64,000 bases of DNA. Origin: Antedon mediterranea. Its lineage: Eukaryota; Animalia; Echinodermata. Location: contig NC_092675.1 in assembly GCF_964355755.1 (NCBI RefSeq), positions 30,662,912 to 30,726,911 on the forward strand, written 5' to 3'. Under the pieces are notes generated by a model, which ran no database searches, had not been told where the DNA came from, and saw nothing but the letters and a program-made list of their open reading frames with translations. The translations under genes and the position numbers were made by a program. This document shows positions 52,801-64,000 of this stretch, piece by piece (position 1 is the first letter of the stretch; the number at the start of each line of letters is the position of its first letter).

Positions 52801-55800
52801 ATTTCAAGGCTCTTATGAAATTATGTTATAAGAAGTATCTATGCTAATTTAACTCTTATCTCAACGTTTAATATAGAGGTAATAATGAATGTTGCAGTCA
52901 GCATCAACATATTTCAATATACATTTATTTTCCACCATATTATATTTTTAACTGGAATGGTATGTTCAAACTATTATTGTCTACTAAATAAATATAAATG
53001 GTTGTTACAATTGTGTACATACACAATTTTATGAAATATTTATTTTGCAATAAAAATTGGTAAGATATTTGAGAGCACTTTCAAAGAAATTGTCAAGGAA
53101 ATCCTCAGTTCCAAGCCCTCAACCTCCAGACTAGCCTGGCATTTATACCTCTAGACCATACAGCTTATGCTGATGGCTAGGGTTAAATCCAAGCCCTCAA
53201 CCTCCAGACAACTAGCCTGGCATTCATACCTCTAGACCATAGAGCTTATGCTGATGGCTAGGGTTAAATCCAAGCCCTTTACCTTCAGACAACTAGCCTG
53301 GCATTTATACCTCTAGACCATAGAGCTTATGCTGATGGCTAGGGTTAAATCCAAGCCCTCAACCTCCAGACAACTAGCCTGGCATTCATACCTCTAGGCC
53401 ATAGAGCTTATGCTGATGGCTAGGGTTAAATCCAAGCCCTCAACCTCCAGACAACTAGCCTGGCATTCATACCTCTAGACCATAGAGCTTATGCTGATGG
53501 CTAGGGTTAAATCCAAGCCCTTTACCTTCAGACAACTAGCCTGGCATTCATACCTCTAGACCATAGAGCTTATGCTGATGGCTAGGGTTAAATCCAAGCC
53601 CTCAACCTCCAGACAACTAGCCTGGCATTCATACCTCTAGACCATAGAGCTTATGCTGATGGCTAGGGTTAAATCCAAGCCCTTTACCTCCAGACAACTA
53701 GCCTGGCATTCATACCTCTAGACCATAGAGCTTATGCTGATGGCTAGGGTTAAATCCAAGCCCTCAACCTCCAGACAACTAGCCTGGCATTCATACCTCT
53801 AGACCATAGAGCTTATGCTGATGGCTAGGGTTAAATCCAAGCCCTCAACCTCCAGACAACTAGCCTGGCATTCATACCTCTAGACCATAGAGCTTATGCT
53901 GATGGCTAGGGTTAAATCCAAGCCCTTAACCTCCAGACAACTAGCCTGGCATTCATACCTCTAGACCATAGAGCTTATGCTGATGGCTAGGGTTAAATCC
54001 AAGCCCTTAACCTCCAGACAACTAGCCTGGCATTCATACCTCTAGACCATAGAGCTTATGCTGATGGCTAGGGTTAAATCCAAGCCCTTTACCTTCAGAC
54101 AACTAGCCTGGCATTCATACCTCTAGACCATAGAGCTTATGCTGATGGCTAGGGTTAAATCCAAGCCCTTAACCTCCAGACAACTAGCCTGGCATTCATA
54201 CCTCTAGACCATAGAGCTTATGCTGATGGCTAGGGTTAAATCCAAGCCCTTAACCTCCAGACAACTAGCCTGGCATTCATACCTCTAGACCATAGAGCTT
54301 ATGCTGATGGCTATGGTTAAATCCAAGCCCTTTACCTCCAGACAACTAGCCTAGCATTCATACCTCTAGACCATAGAGCTTATGCTGATGGCTAGGGTTA
54401 AATCCAAGCCCTTAACCTCCAGACAACTAGCCTGGCATTCATACCTCTAGACCATAGAGCTTATGCTGATAGCTAGGGTTAAATCCAAGCCCTTTACCTC
54501 CAGACAACTAGCCTGGCATTCATACCTCTAGACCATAGAGCTTATGCTGATGGCTAGGGTTAAATCCAAGCCCTTTACCTTCAGACAACTAGCCTGGCAT
54601 TCATACCTCTAGACCATAGAGCTTATGCTGATGGCTAGGGTTAAATCCAAGCCCTTAACCTCCAGACAACTAGCCTGGCATTCATACCTCTAGACCATAG
54701 AGCTTATGCTGATGGCTAGGGTTAAATCCAAGCCCTCAACCTCCAGACAACTAGCCTAGCATTCATACCTCTAGACCATAGAGCTTATGCTGATGGCTAG
54801 GGTTAAATCCAAGCCCTTTACCTTCAGACAACTAGCCTGGCATTCATACCTCTAGACCATAGAGCTTATGCTGATGGCTAGGGTTAAATCCAAGCCCTTA
54901 ACCTCCAGACAACTAGCCTGGCATTCATACCTCTAGACCATAGAGCTTATGCTGATGGCTAGGGTTAAATCCAAGCCCTTTACCTTCAGACAACTAGCCT
55001 GGCATTCATACCTCTAGACCATAGAGCTTATGCTGATGGCTAGGGTTAAATCCAAGCCCTTTACCTTCAGACAACTACCCTGGCATTCATACCTCTAGAC
55101 CATAGAGCTTATGCTGATGGCTAGGGTTAAATCCAAGCCCTCAACCTCCAGACAACTAGCCTGGCATTCATACCTCTAGACCATAGAGCTTATGCTGATG
55201 GCTAGGGTTAAATCCAAGCCCTCAACCTCCAGACAACTAGCCTGGCATTCATACCTCTAGACCATAGAGCTTATGCTGATGGCTAGGGTTAAATCCAAGC
55301 CCTTTACCTTCAGACAACTAGCCTGGCATTCATACCTCTAGACCATAGAGCTTATGCTGATGGCTAGGGTTAAATCCAAGCCCTTTACCTTCAGACAACT
55401 AGCCTGGCATTCATACCTCTAAACCACATTGCTTGCACTGATGGCTAGGGTTAAATTCAAGCCCAATAAAATGTTTAAATCAACATACTTCCAGAATTTC
55501 ATCTGCAATGTGTAACCTTCCATCATCAGCAGCCGACCCATCAGAATCTATTCCTACTACAAAGACACTCAGCTTTGACTTGTCTCTGTTGCCTGCAAGA
55601 CTGATAATTAACACATTTAATTATTAAAATAAGATAAAACTCAATCAATATGGATATATTTATTTATTGTCAAATAATAATTTATTTATTGATGAAATAG
55701 GGCACAAATGAAAAATTAAACATGACATACAATTATGATGATTATACTAAATAAGTGATGAAACGGGCATGTTAAATACACATTGTTTTCGGTTGACCGA

Positions 55801-58800
55801 GAAGAACAAAAAAATGTGATGTGCCCATATATGGACATGATGATGTCATATCACTATTTATGCATTATCACTACCATATTGGGTACATCGTATATACATC
55901 ATTAAGCATATTTTGTGGAATGGTTGAGAAACAATTAACATGAATAAAAAAAAAATAAGACTGTAATTTATCGGTGATTGAGTAGTTTATGCTCCAAGTT
56001 ATTGATTTATTAATACCAAATTTAGCAAGGCGTTGAACACGTACTGTAAATCAAGAAACGATTGAACCTTGAAAAGTAATTCTGAATAAATAAAGTAATG
56101 AAATTAAAACACATTTTCATTTCATTCGACGACTAAGTAGTTTTTCATGCTTGAGTGATTTCAAGTTAAGTTACCGCAACATATTAAACAATCCATTTAA
56201 TTAAAAAATGTTTTAAGCAATTTAAATTTGCTCTACCTTAAACTAATTCCACAATTAATTGAAGACAAATAAATTAGCATGTACTTTTATTCTGTGTTAA
56301 TTATGTTTGAGTACCAGTATTGTAACCATTTAGGTATATTTATTCATAAAAAGACATCAAAATACAACGGCAGCCAAAAGGCTGAAAAGTAGTATTTTAC
56401 AAAATTTGATAAAAATATATAAATACATTATGTATAAAAGGTAAAACTAGTTTAAAAAAAAAAAAAAATAATAATAATTTACCACATTAAAATTGGTCCA
56501 CCTGTAAGTTAAAATAGTGCCAGCCTATTCAATATTCATCATTAATGAGTCGGACTAAAAAAGGGACTGGTGAAGATCTAAATCTTTCTGTACGACCAAA
56601 CGGGATTTTGAGTAGAGGCTTACTCGCAGACCTCAGGGTTCTGCTAATGTCACGAACAGGTGGAAGAATGCTTCTAAATGTATCGGACTTTATTATTCCT
56701 TTACCAAATTTCAGTAAGAGTTGGACTCTTCTGTTAACTAGCGATGGAAGGTCTGACAATTTAAGAGCAGACTCGTAGGATACATAGTTCATGCCATAAA
56801 TGATTTGTAGAGCTCTTTTTTGAACTCTTTCTATTGACTTAGTTTGGTCTTTCGTAATTGAACTGTGCCACACAGGGCATGCATATTCAACTAAAGGACG
56901 TATATAGCAAGTATATTCTTGTAGTAAATCTTTACAAGGCGCCTTGGCTTTCTTAAGTATAATCAAAGTGTACAAACGTCGACATGCTTTAGCAACGATA
57001 TCATGAATATGCATCTCCCATTTAAGGTTATCCTGCAAGGTGACACCAAGCAGTTTAATGTGATTTACACATTTAAGATCATGGCCATTTAGATTGAAAC
57101 TGGGAGGAGGACAGTCGGACTTTAGGAAGGAAATACGCATCACATTGCACTTGGATGGCTTGGGGAGGACTCTATTTATCAAACACCAATCATCAAGTTG
57201 ATTTAAAGTGTCCTGCAACAATTGGCTATCACTACTTCTAACTACTTCACTAAGAGTGAGGTCGTCCACATATTTCCACCGCCTGTCAGTTCCCTCAGCA
57301 ACATCATTGACTAATACCAAAAAGAGAAGGGGACCCAACTTCGTGCCCTGGGGCACCCCACAAGTAATATTAGAATTTGAAGAGGTGGCTCCCTTAACTT
57401 TGGTATTGCATGTGCGATTTAAGAGGAAACTACAAACGGTAGGAAGAATGGACGGCCTCACTCCTATGGATATTAATTTATTTATGACAACATTATGATC
57501 CACACGATCGAAAGCCTTCGTAAAGTCTACAGCACATAAGTTTAAATATTTGCTACCCCCCTCCAGGTCAGATACAACAGAATTTATCAAGTCTACGAGG
57601 TAGTGTGAAGTTGACGAGCCTCTACGACAACCAAATTGCTTACTATCTAAAGAATCTTTTATATCATTAGTTACCCACTCCGCTAAAAAGCTTTCAAATA
57701 TCCGAGAAAAAATGGGTGTTAGGGATATAGGCCGAAGGTCATTACAATTATTAGCATCTGGAACCTTAGGAACTGGTATTATAGTAGCCTTTTTCCATTG
57801 TTCAGGAAAATTACCTTCATTTAAAGAAGAATTAAAAATGTCCGCTAATGGATAAGAGAGTTCAAATGAGAATTCCTTAATTAATCTGATCGGTAGATCT
57901 TCTGGGTGTCCTGCTTTTTGTATGTTTAACTTATCGATTGCAGATTTCACTTGTCCTGGGTAGATAACGGGTGGGGGTTCCGATGCTGGTAAGTAACTTG
58001 GTAGTTTTGTAATGTCAAGTGTTGGTTAATTACTGTAACTGTAACTGACATACACAGTACTGTCTTAGTGTAATATTTATTTGTTCAAGGAGACAATCTT
58101 GTTGGCACACTGTGTACTACAGCACACTGTGTAATACAGCACACTGTGTAGTACAGCACACTGTGTAGTACAGCACACTGTGTAGTACAGCACACTGTGT
58201 AGTACAGCACACTGTGTAGTACAGCACACTGTGTAGTACAGCACACTGTGTAGTACAGCACACTGTGTAGTACAGCACACTGTGTAGTACAGCACACTGT
58301 GTAGTACAGCACACTGTGTAGTACAGCACACTGTGTAGTACAGCACACTGTGTAGTACAGCACACTGTGTAGTACAGCACACTGTGTACTACAGCACACT
58401 GTGTAGTACAGCACACTGTGTAATACAGCACACTGTGTAGTACAGCACACTGTGTAGTACAGCATACTGTGTAGTACAGCACACTGTGTAATACAGCACA
58501 CTGTGTAGTACAGCACACTGTGTAGTACAGCACACTGTGTACTACAGCACACTGTGTAGTACAGCACACTGTGTAATACAGCACACTGTGTAGTACAGCA
58601 CACTGTGTAGTACAGCATACTGTGTAGTACAGCACACTGTGTAGTACAGCACACTGTGTAGTAGCATACTATAGTACTATTATAGTACAGCATACTGTAG
58701 TACAGCACACTGTGTAGTAGCGTACTGTAGTACAGCACACTGTGTAGTAACGTACTGTAGTACAGCACACTGTGTAGTAACGTACTGTAGTACAGCACAC

Positions 58801-61800
58801 TGTGTAGTAGCGTACTGTAGTACAGCACACTGTGTAGTAACGTACTGTAGTACAGCACACTGTGTAGTAACGTACTGTAGTACAGCACACTGTGTAGTAA
58901 CGTACTGTAGTACAGCACACTGTGTAGTAACGTACTGTAGTACAGCACACTGTGTAGTAGCGTACTGTAGTACAGCACACTGTGTAGTAACGTACTGTAG
59001 TACAGCACACTGTGTAGTAGCGTACTGTAGTACAGCACACTGTGTAGTAACGTACTGTAGTACAGCACACTGTGTAGTAACGTACTGTAGTACAGCACAC
59101 TGAGTAGTAGCGTACTGTAGTACAGCACACTGTGTAGTAACGTACTGTAGTACAGCACACTGTGTAGTAACGTACTGTAGTACAGCACACTGAGTAGTAG
59201 CGTACTGTAGTACAGCACACTGAGTAGTAGCGTACTGTAGTACTGTAGCACAGACTACTGTAACACAGTGTTTGCCTTTTGTTAGGCTTTCTCAGTGATG
59301 GTTGCTCTGCCTTGTTTTTGGCCTAGCTTTTTGTGATGGGTTTCAATTTAATTTGTTTAGCTAGATAGCCACATCACTGTAGTACAGCATACTGTAGTAC
59401 AGCATACTGTAGTGTATTATACTGTAGTACAGCATACTGTAGTACAGCATACTGTAGTGTAGCATACTGTAGTGTATTATACTGTAGTAGAATACTGTAG
59501 TGTAGCATAATTAAGGTATACAGTGAAAATACAAAAATAGTGAAAACACAAAAATAGTAATAGATGTTCATCTGCAGTACTCCACACTTAATTTCTGCAT
59601 TATGTCCAGCCAAAAGGGTCTACTAATTAATTAGTTTGATATATGATAATATAAAACAAGGTGAGGTGATATATGGCCAATTTACCTGACTCCAAGCCCC
59701 ATAGCACCCTTCTGCAGGTCAATGATATGAATCTCGCCATCAAGATCATTATACTTTTGGCACATCTTCTCTGGAAAAAAAATAAAAAGAAAGAATCAAT
59801 CATGATTTTAGAAAAAAAATATTTCAAATAGTTCAAAAATTACAAAATGTTAAAACAGAAAGTAATTTAAAATGCTAAATTTTATACAATAACAACTGCC
59901 TTTGCCAAAGCATACATTTGTATATTAAATTTTGGCAAATGTACAAATAGCAGTAATCAATGGATGGTTAACATGTGTGCATGTAAAATAGAACTAAACA
60001 CAGGTTAGTGTGCATGTAACTCTTTGTGTCAACATGCACGTCCAGATTATTAAGGCCGATTGTGGCTGTAATGGTCAAGTTGATTATATGGAAATGAAAC
60101 ATTGTATTTGTCCATCGTATTATTTTATCCATTGCATATTATCCATTGTATTATTTTATCCATCGCATTATTTTATCCATTGCATTATTTTATCCATTGC
60201 ATATTATCCATTGCATTATTTTATCCATTGCATTATTTTATCCATTGTATTATTTTATCCATTGCATTATTTTATCCATTGCATTATTTTATCCATTGCA
60301 TTATTTTATCCATTGCATTATTTTATCCATTGCATATTATCCATTGCATTATTTTATCCATTGTATTATTTTATCCATTGCATTATTTTATCCATTGTAT
60401 TATTTTATCCATTGCATATTATCCATTGCATTATTTTATCCATTGTATTATTTTATCCATTGCATTATTTTATCCATTGCATTATTTTATCCATTGCATT
60501 ATTTTATCCATTGCATAATATTATCCATATTCAGGAAAAGAACTTGGATATGAAACACATTATTTATTATTCAGTACAACTGGTATAAAATCAGCTACCT
60601 CTGTATCAATGACCCATCACTAATTTCACGTATAACATATTTTAGAAAAAAAAAACACATTTTGAAATATTTAAACTTGACTAATTTTATGCTACCATAA
60701 TTATTTTAGGAAAAAATTTAATTTGTATATTTTTATTCTTACTGGTTGTTGTTTTTCTTATTAAATGGTATGAGTATACAAATGACCCAAAGAGACACCC
60801 AAAGAGACACCCAAAGAGACACCCAGAAGAGACACCCAGAAGAGACACCCAGAAGAGACACCCAGAAGAGACACCCAGAAGAGACACCCAAAGAGACACC
60901 CAGAAGAGACACCCAGGGTGTTATCCACTTGCAAATCAATGCAAATTAACTGCTGAATATAACAACTCATCTTTACAATCTTAATACAACAAATTCCACA
61001 AATTAAATTGTAATCTAACTAGAAAAAATAACAGTTAATAAATTCCACCTACCTAGTGATAAAAAGCACTTAAATATAATGCATTTGAATCAATTGGTTT
61101 ACCTGGGAAACTTGTAGGTGCCATCATACTACACAAATATATTGACACATTTCGAGAAAAGCAAGAATATTCTAATGTATTCTAAGAGAGTATACAGAAA
61201 TGTTCAGCTTAATAGTCAAAGAAATATCTTTGGCCACACTACAAGATGATTGTGTTTCTTAGCGGTTTTGATTGTATTTCAAATCAGTTGAAATAGGAAA
61301 CCTTCAATACATCCAGAATAGACAACTTAAAATTTAATTTGCCTTGCTAGAGCTCTGTCTACACTATCAAACTTTATGTGACCAAAAAAATGTGATGTGT
61401 CCATATAAGGACATGATATCTCAGCACTACCATATTTGGGTATTTCACTACCATATTTAGGTATATCACTACAATATTGGGGCATATCACACTTTTGCAT
61501 AATGAAATGTGAAAGCAAGGGTTTCTAAGCAAAGGTTGTTCCCTGTACTCTTAAAAAACAACATAATTAAAAAATAATAATAATGATAATGTAAACCATT
61601 TTTTTATAAAACATTATTTAAAAATGTACATCTATAGAATCCCAGGTAACGTCCTTGCACTGAGTATTGCAGGCAACACATGATGATCAACAAGACATTA
61701 AATGGTAGAAACATTCACTAAATTGTTTATTATTATTTTCTGAATCTTGAATGTTTTAATAGTAAGATAGAGTATTGCAAGTGTAGAATAATTTTTTTGA

Positions 61801-64000
61801 TATCATATTGAATATATGCTATCATAAATCCTGGCTTGTGCTGTGATAGATATACTGTTGAATAATATGAAATTTGAAATTGTAAATAATTATATATTAT
61901 TAAAATCAGTCATACAGTAAAAAATCAAAGTCATGCATATCATTTTTTATAATATTTTAAAGCTGTCTGAATCATGGAATTTATGAATATTTATGTTATA
62001 TTTTAAAGCTGCCTGAATCAAGAACTTATGAATATTCATAATGTATTTTAAAGCCATCTGAATTAAGGAATTTATGAATATTCATAATTTTATATTTTAA
62101 AGCTGCCTGAATCAAGAACTTACGAATATTCATAATGTTATATTTTAAAGCCATCTGAATTAAGGAATTTATGAATATTCATAATTTTATATTTTAAAGC
62201 TGCCTGAATCAAGAACTTATGAATATACACAATGTTGCATTATAAAGCCGTCTGAATTAATGAACTTATGAATATTCATAATGTTATATTATAAAGCTGC
62301 CTGAATCAAAAACTTATGAATATTCATGTTGTATTTTAAAGCCATCTGAATTAAGGAACTTATGAATATTCATAATGTTATATTATAAAGCTGCCTGAAT
62401 CAAGAAGAACTTATGAATATTCATGTTGTATTTTAACTGTCTGATTCAACTTATGAATATTCATAGTTGGAAATGAAATTGATGGCATTTTTTTATCAAA
62501 AATGTAAATCATAATTAATAAACATGTTTATGAAGATCATTAATGCATAAAGGTTACCAGAACATAATACATATTAACATATTTTAAAACAAAAGATTCC
62601 TGCTGTATTTCATTTCATGTGTGTGTGTGTACACTAAGATGCAATGGTCTTAATTACATTCAGCTGATTATAATGCAATGGATATTTTCATACTTAGCAT
62701 GACTGTGGATAATAATACAAAAAGAATAATATGGAAACATATCGCAGAAAGCGTAATGTCGGAAAACAATTCAAGAAGAGAAGCAGTAATGTTGAAAACA
62801 AAGTACACTAAGTATGTTGATTGAATACTAACGCCAGCAGTGTATTGAAAGCGTTATGTTGGTATTACTAAACAAGAAACGTATTCAACAGCGTACGTTG
62901 ACTTGCCATTTAAAGAGCAAGTAAATAGCGTGTTGTTCTAAAAGATGTTGTTACACAATGTGAAATAGATGCTGCATAGACAATGTGTTTAAAACAATTG
63001 CTAAATGACTAATGAATAGATGCTGCATAGACAATGTGTTTAAAACAATTGCTGACTAATGAATAGATGCTGCATAGAAAATGTGTTTAAAACAATTGCT
63101 AAATGACTAATGAATAGATGCTGCATAGACAATGTGTTTAAAACAATTGCTGACTAATGAATAGATGCTGCATAGAAAATGTGTTTAAAACAATTGCTAA
63201 ATGACTAATGAATAGATGCTGCATAGACAATGTGTTTAAAACAATTGCTAAATGACTAATGAAGAGAGAAACATGTAGAAACATCATAAAGGCAAATAGC
63301 AATATTATATTACCGTACATATTTTCATATTAACACAAAATATTTTTGTTTGAAATTAAATGTATGATATAATTATTTTTCAATTTATTTGTTTATTTAC
63401 CTACTTTGTCCCATGACACATTGATAGATAATAAATAAATTATAACTATTTCATGGACATATAAAGTTTTACAGCCACAAATGAAGGTTTCACACTATTT
63501 TATTGATAATTTAGTGAACATCCTACAATGTTTTGGAGCGCGCTCTCCAGTGAGTTCACATTTTGAAACCTCTTAATAATAGTTCATTTTTATATAGCAC
63601 ATATAGGCAAGATCTCAATGTGCTGCACATTATTACCCCAGTCATTTTTTGGATCATACACAGAACAGTTGGAAAATCACGTAAAATAGACATTGTTATT
63701 TTGGAGTATATATAACAATGTTTAAAAAGTAAATTAATACATAATTTGATGGTGGGGGGTAAATATAATCTTATTTGTCATCTCATAGCAGTCTATAAGT
63801 TATCTTTACACAATTCTTTATGATAAACGGGTATAAGCTGTGTCTAATTATTTATCGACCTGTTACATAGCTGTTCGTTGATTAGAATACTATTTAACAG
63901 TTGAATAAGAAGAACTAACCAACACCACGAAATCAACCAATCATGAATAATAATGTTGAAAGAAATATACTTACTCAATGAGTATCCAAATTGGTCTTCA
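37866..64000 (-). CDS. MPDZ: Multiple PDZ domain protein (MPDZ/MUPP1-PATJ family), 3' half encoding PDZ8-PDZ13; the gene continues beyond the window
   Basis: Exons 64000-63975, 59770-59686, 55600-55489, 52158-52009, 48217-48122, 46540-46439, 42173-41900, 41470-41316, 41152-41069, 40779-40580, 40325-40178, 39799-39658, 39237-39050, 38637-38393, 38133-37866. Motifs [83 protein letters not shown]. Confidence 0.9.
38740..38922. repeat. Inverted-repeat element in an MPDZ intron
   Basis: GTTTATAAAAGATAAGATTTTCTTT..TAAACGGACAGTACTTACTC pairs with GAGTAAGTATTCTCCGTTTAAAGAAAATCTTATCTTTTATAAAC. Confidence 0.7.
44017..45900. repeat. 38-bp near-perfect GC-rich minisatellite, about 50 copies
   Basis: Unit ACAAATTCAAGTTCCTTGCGTTCAGGGGTGGCGCCAGG with only a handful of substitutions. 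It has no stop codon on the + strand, which explains three long ORFs. Confidence 0.97.
46038..46233. repeat. (GAT/ATG)n imperfect microsatellite
   Basis: Direct inspection. Confidence 0.95.
47580..47961. repeat. About 80-bp tandem repeat, about 4.7 copies
   Basis: Unit begins GGAGGTAACATAAAGGTTAACAAACGGTTATTGTAATAAGCCTCTAA. Confidence 0.9.
49405..49633. repeat. 15-bp tandem repeat (AGTATAATAGAATAC)
   Basis: Direct inspection. Confidence 0.95.
52262..52706. repeat. CA-rich complex tandem repeat
   Basis: ACAACACACACAACAGA-type units; source of the Cys/Val ORFs. Confidence 0.9.
53110..55465. repeat. 81-bp minisatellite, about 29 copies
   Basis: Unit CCAAGCCCTCAACCTCCAGACAACTAGCCTGGCATTCATACCTCTAGACCATAGAGCTTATGCTGATGGCTAGGGTTAAAT, with recurring variants. 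Confidence 0.97.
56335..58025 (-). mobile_element. 5'-truncated CR1/L2-group LINE in an MPDZ intron
   Basis: The frame is open from about 58025 ([12 protein letters not shown]). The 3' UTR has a CAGCC-TTTT-GGCTG hairpin and AATAAA. Confidence 0.88.
56529..57950 (-). CDS. LINE reverse transcriptase fragment
   Basis: Motifs [50 protein letters not shown]. Confidence 0.92.
   Translation of the reverse strand: MKSAIDKLNIQKAGHPEDLPIRLIKEFSFELSYPLADIFNSSLNEGNFPEQWKKATIIPVPKVPDANNCNDLRPISLTPIFSRIFESFLAEWVTNDIKDSLDSKQFGCRRGSSTSHYLVDLINSVVSDLEGGSKYLNLCAVDFTKAFDRVDHNVVINKLISIGVRPSILPTVCSFLLNRTCNTKVKGATSSNSNITCGVPQGTKLGPLLFLVLVNDVAEGTDRRWKYVDDLTLSEVVRSSDSQLLQDTLNQLDDWCLINRVLPKPSKCNVMRISFLKSDCPPPSFNLNGHDLKCVNHIKLLGVTLQDNLKWEMHIHDIVAKACRRLYTLIILKKAKAPCKDLLQEYTCYIRPLVEYACPVWHSSITKDQTKSIERVQKRALQIIYGMNYVSYESALKLSDLPSLVNRRVQLLLKFGKGIIKSDTFRSILPPVRDISRTLRSASKPLLKIPFGRTERFRSSPVPFLVRLINDEY
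58106..59510. repeat. Compound satellite of related 17-bp (58106-58660), 30-bp (58695-59250) and 15-bp (59377-59510) units
   Basis: CACACTGTGTAGTACAG; TGTGTAGTAACGTACTGTAGTACAGCACAC; ACTGTAGTACAGCAT. Confidence 0.95.
60110..60528. repeat. 17-bp tandem repeat (TATTTTATCCATTGCAT)
   Basis: Direct inspection. Confidence 0.95.
60784..60915. repeat. 12/13-bp tandem repeat (GACACCCAGAAGA)
   Basis: Direct inspection. Confidence 0.9.
61952..62465. repeat. Diverged about 46-bp dimeric tandem repeat
   Basis: Alternating TTTTAAAGCTGCCTGAATCAAGAACTTATGAATATTCATA and TTTTAAAGCCATCTGAATTAAGGAATTTATGAATATTCATA units. Confidence 0.85.
62964..63263. repeat. 48-52-bp tandem repeat x6
   Basis: AATAGATGCTGCATAGACAATGTGTTTAAAACAATTGCTAAATGACTAATG. 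Confidence 0.9.

Noticed and set aside
58077-60588. Cys/Tyr/His-rich ORFs (also 52238-52716 and 45964-46255)
   Set aside because: They are simple-repeat translations.
62690-62940. Possible alternative first exon of MPDZ
   Set aside because: There is only a short ATG-donor stretch with no homology or promoter support, and exon 63975 already splices in phase to 59770.

Overview
AT-rich, intron-rich animal genomic DNA, most likely an invertebrate deuterostome such as an echinoderm (inferred from Deu/Nin-domain SINEs and gene similarity). I could assemble five spliced genes by hand: NDUFAF2 (+), SMIM15 (-), ERCC8/CSA (-), NEK8 (+) and the 3' half of a multi-PDZ gene MPDZ/PATJ (-). There is also a probable start-codon exon of a sixth gene leaving the window on the left. 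Repeats include two 5'-truncated CR1/L2-group LINEs, several SINEs, several non-autonomous TIR elements and many minisatellites; the minisatellites account for most of the long spurious ORFs. The main observation concerns two different long-TIR elements (5909-12471, 32104-34723) with TAG...CTA ends and 3-bp TSDs (Academ-like). Both have bipartite ends in which the inner repeat starts at nt 26 on the left end and nt 36 on the right end. This 10-bp (one helical turn) asymmetry is reminiscent of the RAG 12/23 rule. Also notable are a U12-type intron in NEK8, rearranged NDUFAF2-SMIM15-ERCC8 microsynteny, and minisatellites expanded inside TIR elements. Coordinates were read by eye and may be off by a few bases.
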